Assembly: GCA_028534125.1 (NCBI GenBank)
Contig: CM052817.1
Location: 106,890,001 to 106,954,000, forward strand
Length of the DNA stretch: 64,000 nt
Direction: 5' to 3'
Source of the DNA: Lama glama
Taxonomy: Eukaryota
A program made the translations under genes and the position numbers. The notes below the pieces were generated by a model. The model was given only the letters and a program-made list of their open reading frames with translations. It was not told the origin of the DNA and did no database searches. Position 1 is the first letter of the stretch; each line of letters opens with the position of its first letter. Shown here piece by piece: positions 25,771-36,554 of the stretch.

Positions 25771-27435
25771 GAAACAAAACAAACAACTTGACCCCTCAGT
25801 GCTGCACGTCCTTTACTCATTTTTAAAGGAGAACAAGATCAGGGAACCAAGGACTCGGAGGGCTTCCCCCTTCTCTTGGGCAGGAATGTCAGTGTCATCA
25901 CGCCACAGGGAAACCATGAGCACACAGACCTACCGTGTGTGTTGACACTGGCTTTCGCAGCAGCTCACATCCTTCCAGAACATTTTGAGAGAGATGATCA
26001 GTGACCTGGAGATAAAACGTATTAAAGTAGAGATGAGCATAAACTCTCCGCCTCCCAGGAGGAGGACTGGATTAAAGCGGAGGGAAATCGTCAGAGGCTT
26101 TCATCTGCACGTGTGAAAACAGAATTAGGTCTGGTTAGCCTTTTTGATTAGGGAGGAGAGGACTAGGGGGTCCCCAACTCTTTCTGCCACACGCCTCAAA
26201 CTCGGCAAAGTTCTGTTATTAACAAGACACAGAGGAAGCTCTGTCACTAGCACTGATGGCACACTGATGGCATCTTACAACCCTAAGTGGAGACAAATCT
26301 TTGTTATTTAAAGGTAACCTGAAACATAAACAGGTAAGAATACCCATCATGGTTGGTTTGCCATTTTCCTGTATTTTTAGGAGAATACAAAAAGTGGTAA
26401 AGAGGTTATTCTTCAGAACAGCAGCTCCTAAGTATTTTTCAGAACACATCTGAGAACGTTAAGCTTTCTGAATGACAGAAATTTAAGGAGCACAGAGGTG
26501 GCTGTTTGGACAGAGGTTCCCTGAGCGAAGAGCTCTGGAGTGAACATGAGGGAGGGGGCTCAGGTACCCTGGCACTGGCATTTTTAAAGGTCCGGCTGAA
26601 GCTCCTGGAATGGTGTTAATTCTCCCCATTGTTCCGGTGGCCAGATTTTCCAAATTTACCACCATCATCCAGACGCGTCAGGAAGGGTTTTAGGTTTGGC
26701 CATCTTCCCTTTGGCAGCAGGACTGAGCTCCTGACTCCTTTCTAGCCTCCCTCATGACCCCTCCCATTTTGTGCAGGTGTTTCCACACGCTCCATCCGAT
26801 GCTTCCTGGTGAGCGATGGTGGGGCTTTCGTTTACATCTGTTCCAGGGAAGGAAACAGTCCTTGATTTCAGAATGTGCTCAAATGGGTTGCTGCTTAACC
26901 GCTTCTTACCTTATTAAATGAAAGTGCCCTTCTAACAGACCGAAATATTCTTCCAACTTACTACACCTTAGGACTCATAGACAGAAGAGTGATCTTTGAT
27001 ATGCTCATTACAAGTTCCAAGTCACTCGCTGGACTGTGCCCTTAACGTAGTGGTCATGACCTTGAATGTCAGTTTAAGTTCTCTGAGAGCCGGTTTCTCA
27101 GCATGTATACTGGGAGTCAAAATAGTATATCCCACAGAGAATTTTATTGGAAAAGGGTTGGGAAGAGACAAATGCTATGTAAATAGTGATAATTATCATT
27201 TTTCACTGAATCTCAAGAGACATGATGAACCCTGGACATGGTTTGGTTGCTGTCAATGTTAATACACCAATTTCTTTTCTCTGAAAAGCCACCTAAAAGG
27301 CCAGACTATTCGGGCAGTTTTTAGGCTAAATTGTGCCAATCTCCTCAGCGCCCTGGGGCCTGCTCCTGCAGTGAGACCTGAGGGCTCCAGTTCCTCAATA
27401 AGAAAAAGCATGCACGAGTCACTAAGAATACAGGC

Positions 27436-29406
27436 AAGGTTTTATGTTATATTTATTTATTTTCCAGCTTGTACAAACTGGATGTAAAAGCATAAACATA
27501 GTACATTTCTACCATTTTCAACAAAAATATAACCAATATGTACAATTATTGTATTAAAAATACAAAAGGGATACAGACTCCACCAATGTCTTTCTAAAAG
27601 ACATACAGGGACAAGTAGTATCAAAAGTACGAGGAGATGACCAGTTAACTGTACAGTCTGCACTTGACATCACGGAGCGAACTGAGCTTACAGTCCTAGG
27701 TTCTACGATTACTGGATGCTTAGGTAACGTTTGTGCAACTTATGGAAGAGCCAGGTTTCTGTCTTTCTATCTGCACATGAGGTCCACAGCCTACTTAAGG
27801 AAAGAGGCCAGCGATGCCTATTACACGTGAGATTACACATGCGTAACTGACGACGTGGCAGGTGAGCAGATCGACGAATGCCATGACACAGAAGAGAATT
27901 ATTAAATAAAGCACTGACGAGTGTTGGATACAGTGAAAAAACACTGCAATTCGACTTTTACAATCGGAAGCTATTTACGTTTATCTACTGATCAATATGA
28001 TCAGCTGAATTTAATGGGGAAAAAAATCCAAGACCAGCAGTTCCTCACATTTGAGTACTACTCGGATTGGCAGCCTTCACTTTTCCGGAGTCTGTGCAAA
28101 AACAACAAAAGATAGAGAGGAGGGGTGACTTCGGTCGTTGGCGTGGGGTGAATAGCAGCTGTGAGCGGGCGGCTGCCACTGAGGCCTTCGCTGTCTCAGC
28201 GTCCAGAAAGCCACTCACAGGTTAGTCTTTGGTGACTAACCCACCTCGCGAAGGCTGGCGTCTCTTACCAAGCGTTTGAGCTTCTGATCTTTCTCTTGTT
28301 AAAGGTGTCCATTCCGAACCAGGAGGCCGTCCCCTAAGAGCAGCGTTGACAGCTGGCGTCCGCACGGCATCCCAGCCGCTTTCACTGCCATGCTCTCCAG
28401 TTATCAACGTTTCTCTTTAGAAACAAACAAAAGAGTCCCTAAAACTAAATCAACAGAAAGCAAAGGAACATAATTTAAAAGACGTGGGGTCGGCCGTCCC
28501 TCTAGATGGCACAGGATGCGCCCTCAAGTGACACCGCCCCGCGCTCCGTAAGGCTCAGACACGGGACAACGGAGTCCCAGCTCCCTCCCCGGGCCATGTG
28601 CAAACAGTGTGCCGGCAGGTGGGCCCCGGCCGCTGGGGAAGGGGTGGACCGGACCCCGGGATCTAAGGGACTGGCTAACACCTCCTGCTTCAAGGACAGG
28701 GCACTTGCCGGGCACAGCCACCGGGACCCAGGAAGATGGGCTGTAGGCCGGGTCTTCCTTGCTCTGGGGGTTGGGGTGGGGACCACACCCTGCCAGGCAT
28801 ATTTGGTTTTTCAGTCACCGGCCTGGGCTGGCAACCCTACTTAAAGGTTCAAAATAATACTGTAATCAGATGGATATAACATTTACTCTCTGAACATAAT
28901 CTTTAAACTCATTAAAAAAAAAAAAGAGGACATTGTAAACAAGTGGACGAGCATGGTTCTCAAAGGACGTCACTGTGTCTCTGTCTTCCTTGGAGGGTTA
29001 AAGGCCCTCAGTGTCCGGTGGCTCGCCGTTCTCATGATGCCAATGCAACCACGTGCTAGGACTGGATTGAAATCTGAGAGGAAGACGCTCCGGGTCTTTC
29101 TGGCGCGGAGACGCTGTCGGAGTTGGGATGTCGGAGTCTGTGGGGCGCGGCAGGCGGGAGCTCGGAGACCGCGGCGCTGTGCATTCAAGCAACAAAGTCG
29201 GAAAAGTGCCAGGGCGGTTTCTTCACAGTATTTCACATGCAAAGGGGACAGTACGAGGGGGGAAGAAGCCCCATGCTGCTTTTAAGGCAGGGAAGGAGGC
29301 AAACTGGTCCACCGTCCTCGGAGTGTGAGTCCCACGGCCGCGACGCCGGGGCGTCTTCCTGCCCTCCCCTTCGGGCGGCGGCTCCGGGCCCGGAGACGAC
29401 CGAGCC
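27436..29406 (-). other. RAPGEF2: RAPGEF2 3'UTR (~2 kb; end approximate)
   Basis: Repeat-free sequence after the stop codon, ending at overlapping AATAAA signals with several upstream UGUA elements. Confidence 0.8.
27452..27461 (-). terminator. Polyadenylation signal (overlapping AATAAATAAA)
   Basis: Plus-strand tttatttatt reads AATAAATAAA on the minus strand; several TGTA motifs lie within ~120 nt upstream. Confidence 0.75.
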
Positions 29407-29432
29407 TCAAACAGCAGACACTTGCTCATCTT
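29407..29432 (-). CDS. RAPGEF2: RAPGEF2 last coding segment: (E)DEQVSAV*, class I PDZ-binding C-terminus
   Basis: Acceptor tggcag|AA GAT GAG CAA GTG TCT GCT GTT TGA. Confidence 0.95.
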
Positions 29433-29761
29433 CTGCCAACGTAACCGCGGAAGGAAAAAGAAAAGAAAAGAAACTCAATGAGCGAGCACATCGGTTCTTG
29501 TGCTTAGAGAGAACACAACCCTGATGCACTATATAAAAATACTATTTTTTTTTTACTACAGGTCACTTAAAATCTTCTTTTTTCCTACATAATGATTAGT
29601 AACAATAAAAAAATACAGATGGAGCACATCTTCAAATATATATACCTTGTATATTTACTGATTGGAAATGTATTAATGATAAATTCCCTGAAAAAAAGTT
29701 ATAAAACAGCCTGTTACTTTTTAATAATATATACTGCATACACATAAAAAAGTCTGGGAGT

Positions 29762-29855
29762 GGGGAAGGTACAGCTCCGAGGTAGAGCACGTGCTTAGCA
29801 TGCACCAGATCCTGGGTTCAACCCCCAGTACCTCCATTAAAAAAAAAAAAAAAAG
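29762..29855 (+). mobile_element. tRNA-Ala-derived SINE in the last RAPGEF2 intron
   Basis: GGTAGAGCACGTGCTTAGCATGCAC...GGGTTCAACCCCCAGTACCTCCA followed by poly(A). Confidence 0.88.
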
Positions 29856-30189
29856 ATTAAAAGGGGTAGGGAAAAAAAGTCTAGAAGGATATGTAACACA
29901 ACGTTAACAGGGTTAGCCTGCAAGCGGCAGGATTCTACGTAATTTTCATTGTGTTTGCTTTTTTCTACAATGATTATTTGCATTATAAAACATGTTAAAC
30001 CTAAAACAGGAAGTGGGGTCGGGGCAGCATGGCTCCCGCTGCTCCCAGCACGGCCATCTCGGCCAGAGGAGGCAAAAATGTTAGAGAGGAGCGGATTTCT
30101 TTATCGGCTCTTCGCTGGGAACTACTAAGCCTGCAACACGGCATTTCCACAGAGAGCCGAGAACGAGGGGTAAACCCAGCCACGCACAC

Positions 30190-30720
30190 CCTCGGCTACA
30201 AGTGACCCCTCTGCGGCCTTGAGTTCTTTCCTGCGCCGCAGAGGACCAAGCAAAACGAAACCCCTCGGACAGAAGAGCGGGCCACGACTGCAACCCCGAA
30301 CCTGGCCCCCGACCCCCGAGGGACCCCCAAGGGCGCAGAGGCCACGGGGAAAGGGCATGTACCGTCCTCCTCAGCGGAGAAGCCCGGGCCCGCATGCGGG
30401 CCGAGGCGCAGGTCCCCGTCGCCAGGCCGGTGCCACTGCGGCCGGGGGGCGGGCCGGCCACCACCAGGGGGCGCGGGCGGCTGCGGGGCGGGGGCCGCGG
30501 GGTCCGGCGGCCGGGCCAGCATCCGGGAGCGCTGCAGGGCCACGGTGTAGTCCGGGGGCTTCCGGGCCGGGTGCGGCGGCGCCTCGGGGAAGTCGGTGAT
30601 GGGGATGCCCACGTAGCCGGGTGGGGTGGGCGGGGGCTCCCGGTACCGGCCCTCCTTCCGCGCTGCAGTGAAGACAAGGCAGGGCGTTAGGACCGCATGG
30701 GAGGGCATGTCGCCCCGTTA
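30190..30720. promoter_or_regulatory. Intragenic CpG island over the penultimate exon
   Basis: Very GC- and CpG-dense compared with the AT-rich flanking introns (judged by eye). Confidence 0.65.
30363..30662 (-). CDS. RAPGEF2: RAPGEF2 penultimate exon: (A)[16 protein letters not shown]...KPPDY...GFSAEED
   Basis: Acceptor ctgcag|CG, donor G|gtacat; 300 nt; two PY (WW-binding) motifs, PPGY and PPDY. Confidence 0.94.
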
Positions 30721-31217
30721 CCGGAATGAAGGAAATCAGCGCTACGACAGCACACAGTGGAACGGGTCGAGAGGTGCGGGCAGGGAGAGGACTTCACTGA
30801 ACAACTGTTCACGGCGGTCATCTCCGTGGGGGGGGATAACCCAAAGGGGGAGACCTGGAGCTCTAAACCGGGGGCTGCAAGCGTCTACACCTGCCGAGTG
30901 GTAACCAGGCTGACACCCAACCCTGCAGTTCATCGGTTTATCGCAAAAAGAGATCAGAAGACAGCCAGTTCCACGCCTGGGACCCGTGACGGGTGCCCAG
31001 TGAAGGTTCCTTCCTCTCTTCCTGCCCCTCCAGGCGAGGCAGGCGGTCCCTCTTTGCTGGGCACTTTGTTCCTCCCACCAGAGGGGCCAGTCCATGGTAC
31101 TTTCAGGTCTTGGGCTTCATTTGTGAAAACAATTTGGAAAAGTAGGACAAAACATGATGCAAATCTAAAAATTCTAAATTGTGTATATGTAAGGTACGTA
31201 TTTTCCTTAAAATCCTT

Positions 31218-31695
31218 CCCATGGACAGATGACTGGATAAAGAAGGTGTGATGTATGTATACTACTCAGCCATAAAAAGTGAAACAATGCTATTTGCAGC
31301 AACATGGATGGACCCAGAGATGATCATACTAAGTGAAGAAAGTCAGAGAAAAACAAATACCATATAATATCACTTATGTGGAATCTGAAATATGATACAC
31401 ATGAACTTATTTACAAAATAGAAGCAGACTCACTGACATAGAAAACAAACTTACAGTTACCAGAGGGTGAAGATGGCAGAGGGATAAATTAGTTTGGGAC
31501 CAACAGATACAAACTATTATATATAGAATAAACAACAAGGATTTACTGTACAGCACAGGGAACTATATTCAGTATCTTATAATAACCTATAATGGAAAAT
31601 AATCTGAAAAAATATATATAACTGAATCACTTTACTGTACACCTGAAACTAGCACAATATTGTTAATCAACTATATGTCAATTAAAAGAAAAAGA
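31218..31695 (+). mobile_element. Intronic L1 3' end (antisense to RAPGEF2)
   Basis: gatgactggataaagaag...tactcagccataaaaag...actgtacagcacagggaactatattca. Confidence 0.88.
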
Positions 31696-32009
31696 AAGTG
31701 CTTTAAAAATCACGACCTAAGAATAGGTATTAACTGTTGTCTCCTTACTCATCTTGAAAGGATATTAAATTTGACAGCCACCCATGACGATTTGCATGAT
31801 AAAATAACTGCAATCTCCCTACTAATAAAAGTGATGTCTGTAAAGGGTAGAGCCTGGAATTTCTCACTCTGTAGCCTATTGTGTAGCCCTGCTCTTCAAT
31901 TAGATGCTGAACATGCCAGAGAGTTTATCCCGAGGAGATTAAGGAACCGTTAAGAGACTTCTCAAGAGAAACAGCATCAGCAAGGTGACAGTGTTCTGTG
32001 TACTGAAGA

Positions 32010-32210
32010 ATTCTTATCCAGGCGCTGGTGCTCTGAGTGCTCTGCAGAGTTCCTTAAGTCCTCACATCAGCTGGATTGGTACAAATTATGAAGCCCATTT
32101 TACAGATGGGGAAACAGACACAGCTGAGTGCCCCACCCACTGTCACAAAGCGAGGAAGTGGCAAAGCAGGGGTTCAAGCCCCCACCTGCCTGACTTCCGA
32201 GCCCTGACTG
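32010..32210. mobile_element. MIR SINE
   Basis: cccattttacagatggggaaacagacacag...gggttcaagccc core. Confidence 0.7.
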
Positions 32211-32746
32211 CATTCTCTCTCAGGCCCCTCACCCTTGTTCGGTCGTGTGCAGGGAGAATTTGTTTAGCACAGAAACAATTCAGCTGCATAACAAACATCA
32301 ATGGAAGAGTTTTAAATATGCAAGGTGTAAAGTTCTAAATACAACTCAAGAGAACAGAATAGAAAAATGAAACAGTTAAAACCACTCCAGTTAAACAAAA
32401 AATTCTTCCTCTAGAGAGGATGGCCATCCTTCCTGATAATCTTCAGCTGGGAAGATCAGTATTAGACCAGATAATACCGGTGATGACAACCTACTGACGT
32501 CAACAGCTAAAGTGCACTTAAAGTTAACTGTACTAGAAGCTGTTTACAGGCACTGGACCACAAGACCCGGGCTCTTAACCACTGTTCATTTCAAAGTCCT
32601 CCATACAGGGCTGATCTGGAAGCCCTACCCAGCCATGGGTGGGACAAAATGAGGAGAAAAACCACAAACACTTAATAACTTCACTTGCAAAACCAGTTAG
32701 AGGAAAGCCACCACCCAGATGGGACCGTGCTCTGCAATCAGCTTAC

Positions 32747-33309
32747 CAATGAGCCCTTTGGCAGCGCCAGGCGTCACGGCTACGTGGGCCACCCCGGCGG
32801 CGGGCTTGGTGTCCTCCGTGGTCACGGCTGGCATGCTGCTGCTGCTGTCGGCGTCCATGGAGACGTCCTTCCCACCCCTTCGCTTTATTGTGCCTGTGTC
32901 CCCTTCCGAGTCTTCTCCCCAGTACCCCGTGGAAGACGCCCAGCTTGCCCGGGACTGGGCTTGGTCTAGACTCTCTCTGCTTTGATTCTGCCTGCTGTAC
33001 TTTGTGCTGTGATCAGAAAACATGATTTGGTCCATATGGCTGCTCGTGCCCCAGAGACCTGCAGCATCCCCGGAATAGTCAAAGTGAGGGTGTCCAAACG
33101 GGAGTGTCTCCCAGCTCCTCTGGTGCTGGATGGTCTGGATGTTGTCGTGGGAGCCACTTGAGCACGACGTCCAGCTCCCTCGGCCGCTGTCGGCTGCATC
33201 CAGTGACGCCCGGTCCCCCTGGTCCTGGGAGAGCTCCTCGGTGCTGGGAGAAGAGATCACTGTGGCCGCGGCATACAAGCTCCGGCCCTCTGACAGCGGG
33301 GCATAGGAC
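32747..33309 (-). CDS. RAPGEF2: RAPGEF2 exon: [12 protein letters not shown]...[16 protein letters not shown]...AAKGLI
   Basis: Acceptor ccctag|G, donor G|gtaagc; 563 nt; contains a DSGxxS motif of the beta-TrCP phosphodegron type. Confidence 0.95.
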
Positions 33310-33629
33310 CTAGGGGGTCGGAAGACACAGAAAAGGAAAAAAAAAACAAAAACAAAACCAAGGGGAGAGAAGAGAAAGAGGGAAAAAAAGCAAGACTGTT
33401 AACGAATAAATCTATAAAACCAAAACACTTTTTCCCAGAAAGGCAGCCTGCTTTCATCCCGGGAGGAGGATGGAAGATTCCCCATGGTACTAAGTCATCT
33501 GGAAACTGAACATGAGAACTGGGGTGGGGGTGCATCTCTCAGCCCGTGTAAACAGACACACACAGCTGGAGGGAAGGGTGGGTTTTCCGAGCTGGGGGAG
33601 CACCAGGAGGTCAGGAAGACAAGCCCTAC

Positions 33630-33855
33630 CCCAGGCTGAACTGGTCCGGTTCCACCACTGGCCGCCGCTCCGCCCGGCCCACGCCCAGGCCGCTCTCCAC
33701 GATGCTGACCGAGTGCCTCTGCCGCCTCTCCTCCTGCAGTGAGGTGGGCACCGAGTCAAAGGAGGAGTTGCTGACAATGCTGGATCGCGATGAAATTTCG
33801 CTGTGCCCGGAATCCGAGAAGTTGTCCACAGTGCCGCTGGGAGCCAGGGTGTAGC
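33630..33855 (-). CDS. RAPGEF2: RAPGEF2 exon: (G)[25 protein letters not shown]...EPDQFSL(G)
   Basis: Acceptor acacag|GC, donor GG|gtaggg; 226 nt. Confidence 0.95.
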
Positions 33856-35942
33856 CTGTGTGGAGACACAGAGAGGTCAGCGGCCTCTGCAGGTTACAGC
33901 GGGCAACTGACATGTACCCAACAAAAATACACTGATACACAGGCCAGAGGCACCACCACTGAGGTGGGGAAAAACCATTTGCTGGGGGAGATCAGGTGAC
34001 TGAGATCAAGGCAAATTTTTATTCAAGTGAAATTTAGCATCTTTAATGAGAGTTTAGAGAGGAGACAAGAAAACACTGTTATACAAGACCAGAATTTGAT
34101 GCTGAAATCAGGGCACCACTCAACTCTGCTTAGCTCTCTTAAATATAAATTTTACTCCATTAGTCTCTACAAAAGAAACTAGGAAGAATGACTATGATGA
34201 TGTTTAAAAGTATGTTTTTTTTTTCCCCCTCAAACTGCAAAGTCAGTCATTTTGTTTTCACTGAAGTTTTCATTCTGAGAACTTAATGGCATAGAATAAC
34301 TCAGCTGGAAAGATCCACATTATCATTTTAAGCTGACATATGTTAATAAGAAGTAAGACCTGAAGAAAACGTCTTTGGATTTTTGCCATTTGATTCTTCG
34401 CCACTAATAACATATTGGATAAATCACCTAAAAGCCAATTGTTTTGAAGGATACCATGTACAAAATCTCCATTTCTTCCTGGCCCGTCACTACGCCTAAA
34501 CAGAGGTCCATTTCCTGGCCGGCAGGACCCTTCACTCTCCTTGGTTGCTAAAAATAATTCTGAAAGTCCCAAAGGAAGAGAAGCCTGTCTTGACATTTTT
34601 AAGGAAAAAAATCCAAATCTTCTTAGCACTCTTTTTTTTTTCCACATTACTAATAATCTCATATTACTTAAAATACTGATTTTATAGGATTATATGTACA
34701 CAATGCAAATTTTTCCACACCATCTACCTAATTAAAAAGAATGCAATCTAGAGCACCTACATGTTGCTAATTTACTCTCTAAATAGTACTTCCCCATCCT
34801 TTCAGTTATTAATTTCTGATTTATTTTTTAAAGATGGCACAGGTCTCGATAAGAATGAGTTTCTCTATGAAACATCTTGATACAAACCACAGCACCAATT
34901 CTGACAGACAAGATTTAAAGCCTTCCCTGAACAGTCTGCTCAAACGCACATCTCCGCAACAACACTCGGGGGACCACTCGACAGTGGGCGGAGTCTCCTG
35001 TTTTCCTCCGCTAACGAAGGGTGGGTGTGGCTCTGTGAGCCCCGCGACCCTGCGCAGTGATCCCTGTTACTGTTCTCACGTCCAGGAGAAGAGGAGGAGC
35101 TGGTGAAGTCCGCCTGCCCGGGGCCAAAAGATCTCGGCTGACTGCCACTACCACCCACCAACAGGATGGGAGAAGGACTCAGGCACACCCACTGAACCCG
35201 GAGAGAGGCCGATACCCCGCGGAACGTGCAGAGCTCTGAAACAGCGGAGAAGTCCGGCAGAAGAGGTATCCGCTGGGTCAGTGAACTCTGACACCGTGTT
35301 AATCATCTCTCTGGCCTTCCTCCGGGGAAAACTCTCCTGGCCTTTTATTCCTCTTGGCTTACACCTGCTCGATTAAAGGGCGGGACAGAAAGGGACCCTC
35401 AGGGCGATGGAGCAGAACGTTATCTAGTGTTGTAAAGGAAGACAGTGGTACCCTGAGAACGGCAGTATGAGTGCCTAAAATTTAATCTCCTTAAAAATAA
35501 AACAAGAGAGCAACAAAAAGAGATAATCAAGACCCGTGTTAACACGATGAAAAAAATAAAAATGTTAGTTTTTTTTAATGTTTTTAAAGCCCTCTGCTCT
35601 GTAATTAATGCTATGTGATCATACTTAAGTTAAAACAACTGTTAGTGTAGAAAAACTATTTATATATTTATAATCAATAAAACACTTAAATGAATTTTTT
35701 AAAAGGCCTTAGTTATATAAGCTTAACGGTATTTATTTATAAATATAGTATTTAAAATAATCAACATTCTCGCAAATTTATAAACTTGGAAGAATTTCAA
35801 GTTCAGGCGAAAGGGGAGAAAAACCCACGGGGTGTTACACATCAGATCATAGTAAATGACTCTCCTGTCAGACAGATGTAATCTACCACTCTGGAATCGC
35901 TCACAGCTGAAATAAAGGAGGTCAGGTGGTAACCCAGCCTAC

Positions 35943-36095
35943 CTTTCCTCGGAGAACTCTGTGGAGAAGTGGGGGGAGAGGACAGCTGGGAAGACGCGTT
36001 TGAGATTGTGTCTTCTGCTGGTTTCCTGTGGCGTTCCAGACTCCCTTCTTCGGACAAAGAAAGGATTTTCTTTAAAGCTTGTGGAGAGTTGATGC
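35943..36095 (-). CDS. RAPGEF2: RAPGEF2 exon: (G)[24 protein letters not shown]...PQSSPRK
   Basis: Acceptor ttctag|GC, donor G|gtaggc; 153 nt. Confidence 0.95.
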
Positions 36096-36407
36096 CTAGA
36101 AGAGAGAGAAATAACTTCAATACGCATTTCCAAGACTGAAAAGAAGTAACGTTAATGTCTAAAAACTCTGGTGTTAAGATTAACACTGCATTCAGTGTCA
36201 GCCTATTTACAATCTCAGTGCTATCTGCACGCTGCGAACGGCGAGCTTACATAAGGCGCCGGGGACACACAGTGTGGCTTCTAACTGGTGCCTGCCCCAG
36301 GACTAGCACTAGACTGCTTCTGATCTTTTACTTCAGATTCTCAATCTTGATCACCGCTTTATTCAAAGCCATGTCAGACAACAGTGAAGAAAAAACAGAG
36401 ACAATGA

Positions 36408-36554
36408 GGGGGGAGGGTGTAGCTCAGTGGCAGAACACGTGATTAACATGAGGTCCTAGATTCAACCCCCAGTACCTCCATTAAAAAAAAAATTGTAAAT
36501 AAATAAATAAACCTAATTACCTGACCCACCCAAAAAATACTTCAAAAAAAAAAA
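36408..36554 (+). mobile_element. tRNA-Ala-derived SINE (intronic)
   Basis: SINE head, aataaa repeats and A tail; flanking agacaat duplication. Confidence 0.88.

Noticed and set aside
1..27400. Protein-coding genes among the ORF-track hits downstream of RAPGEF2 (e.g. 23781..24335, 5327..5752, 2257..2688)
   Set aside because: No recognisable domains or splice-consistent exon chain; many overlap L1, L2, LTR or SINE sequence.
30081..30690. Overlapping alternative-frame and antisense ORFs (198, 126 and 98 aa)
   Set aside because: Explained by the scarcity of stop codons in very GC-rich exon sequence.
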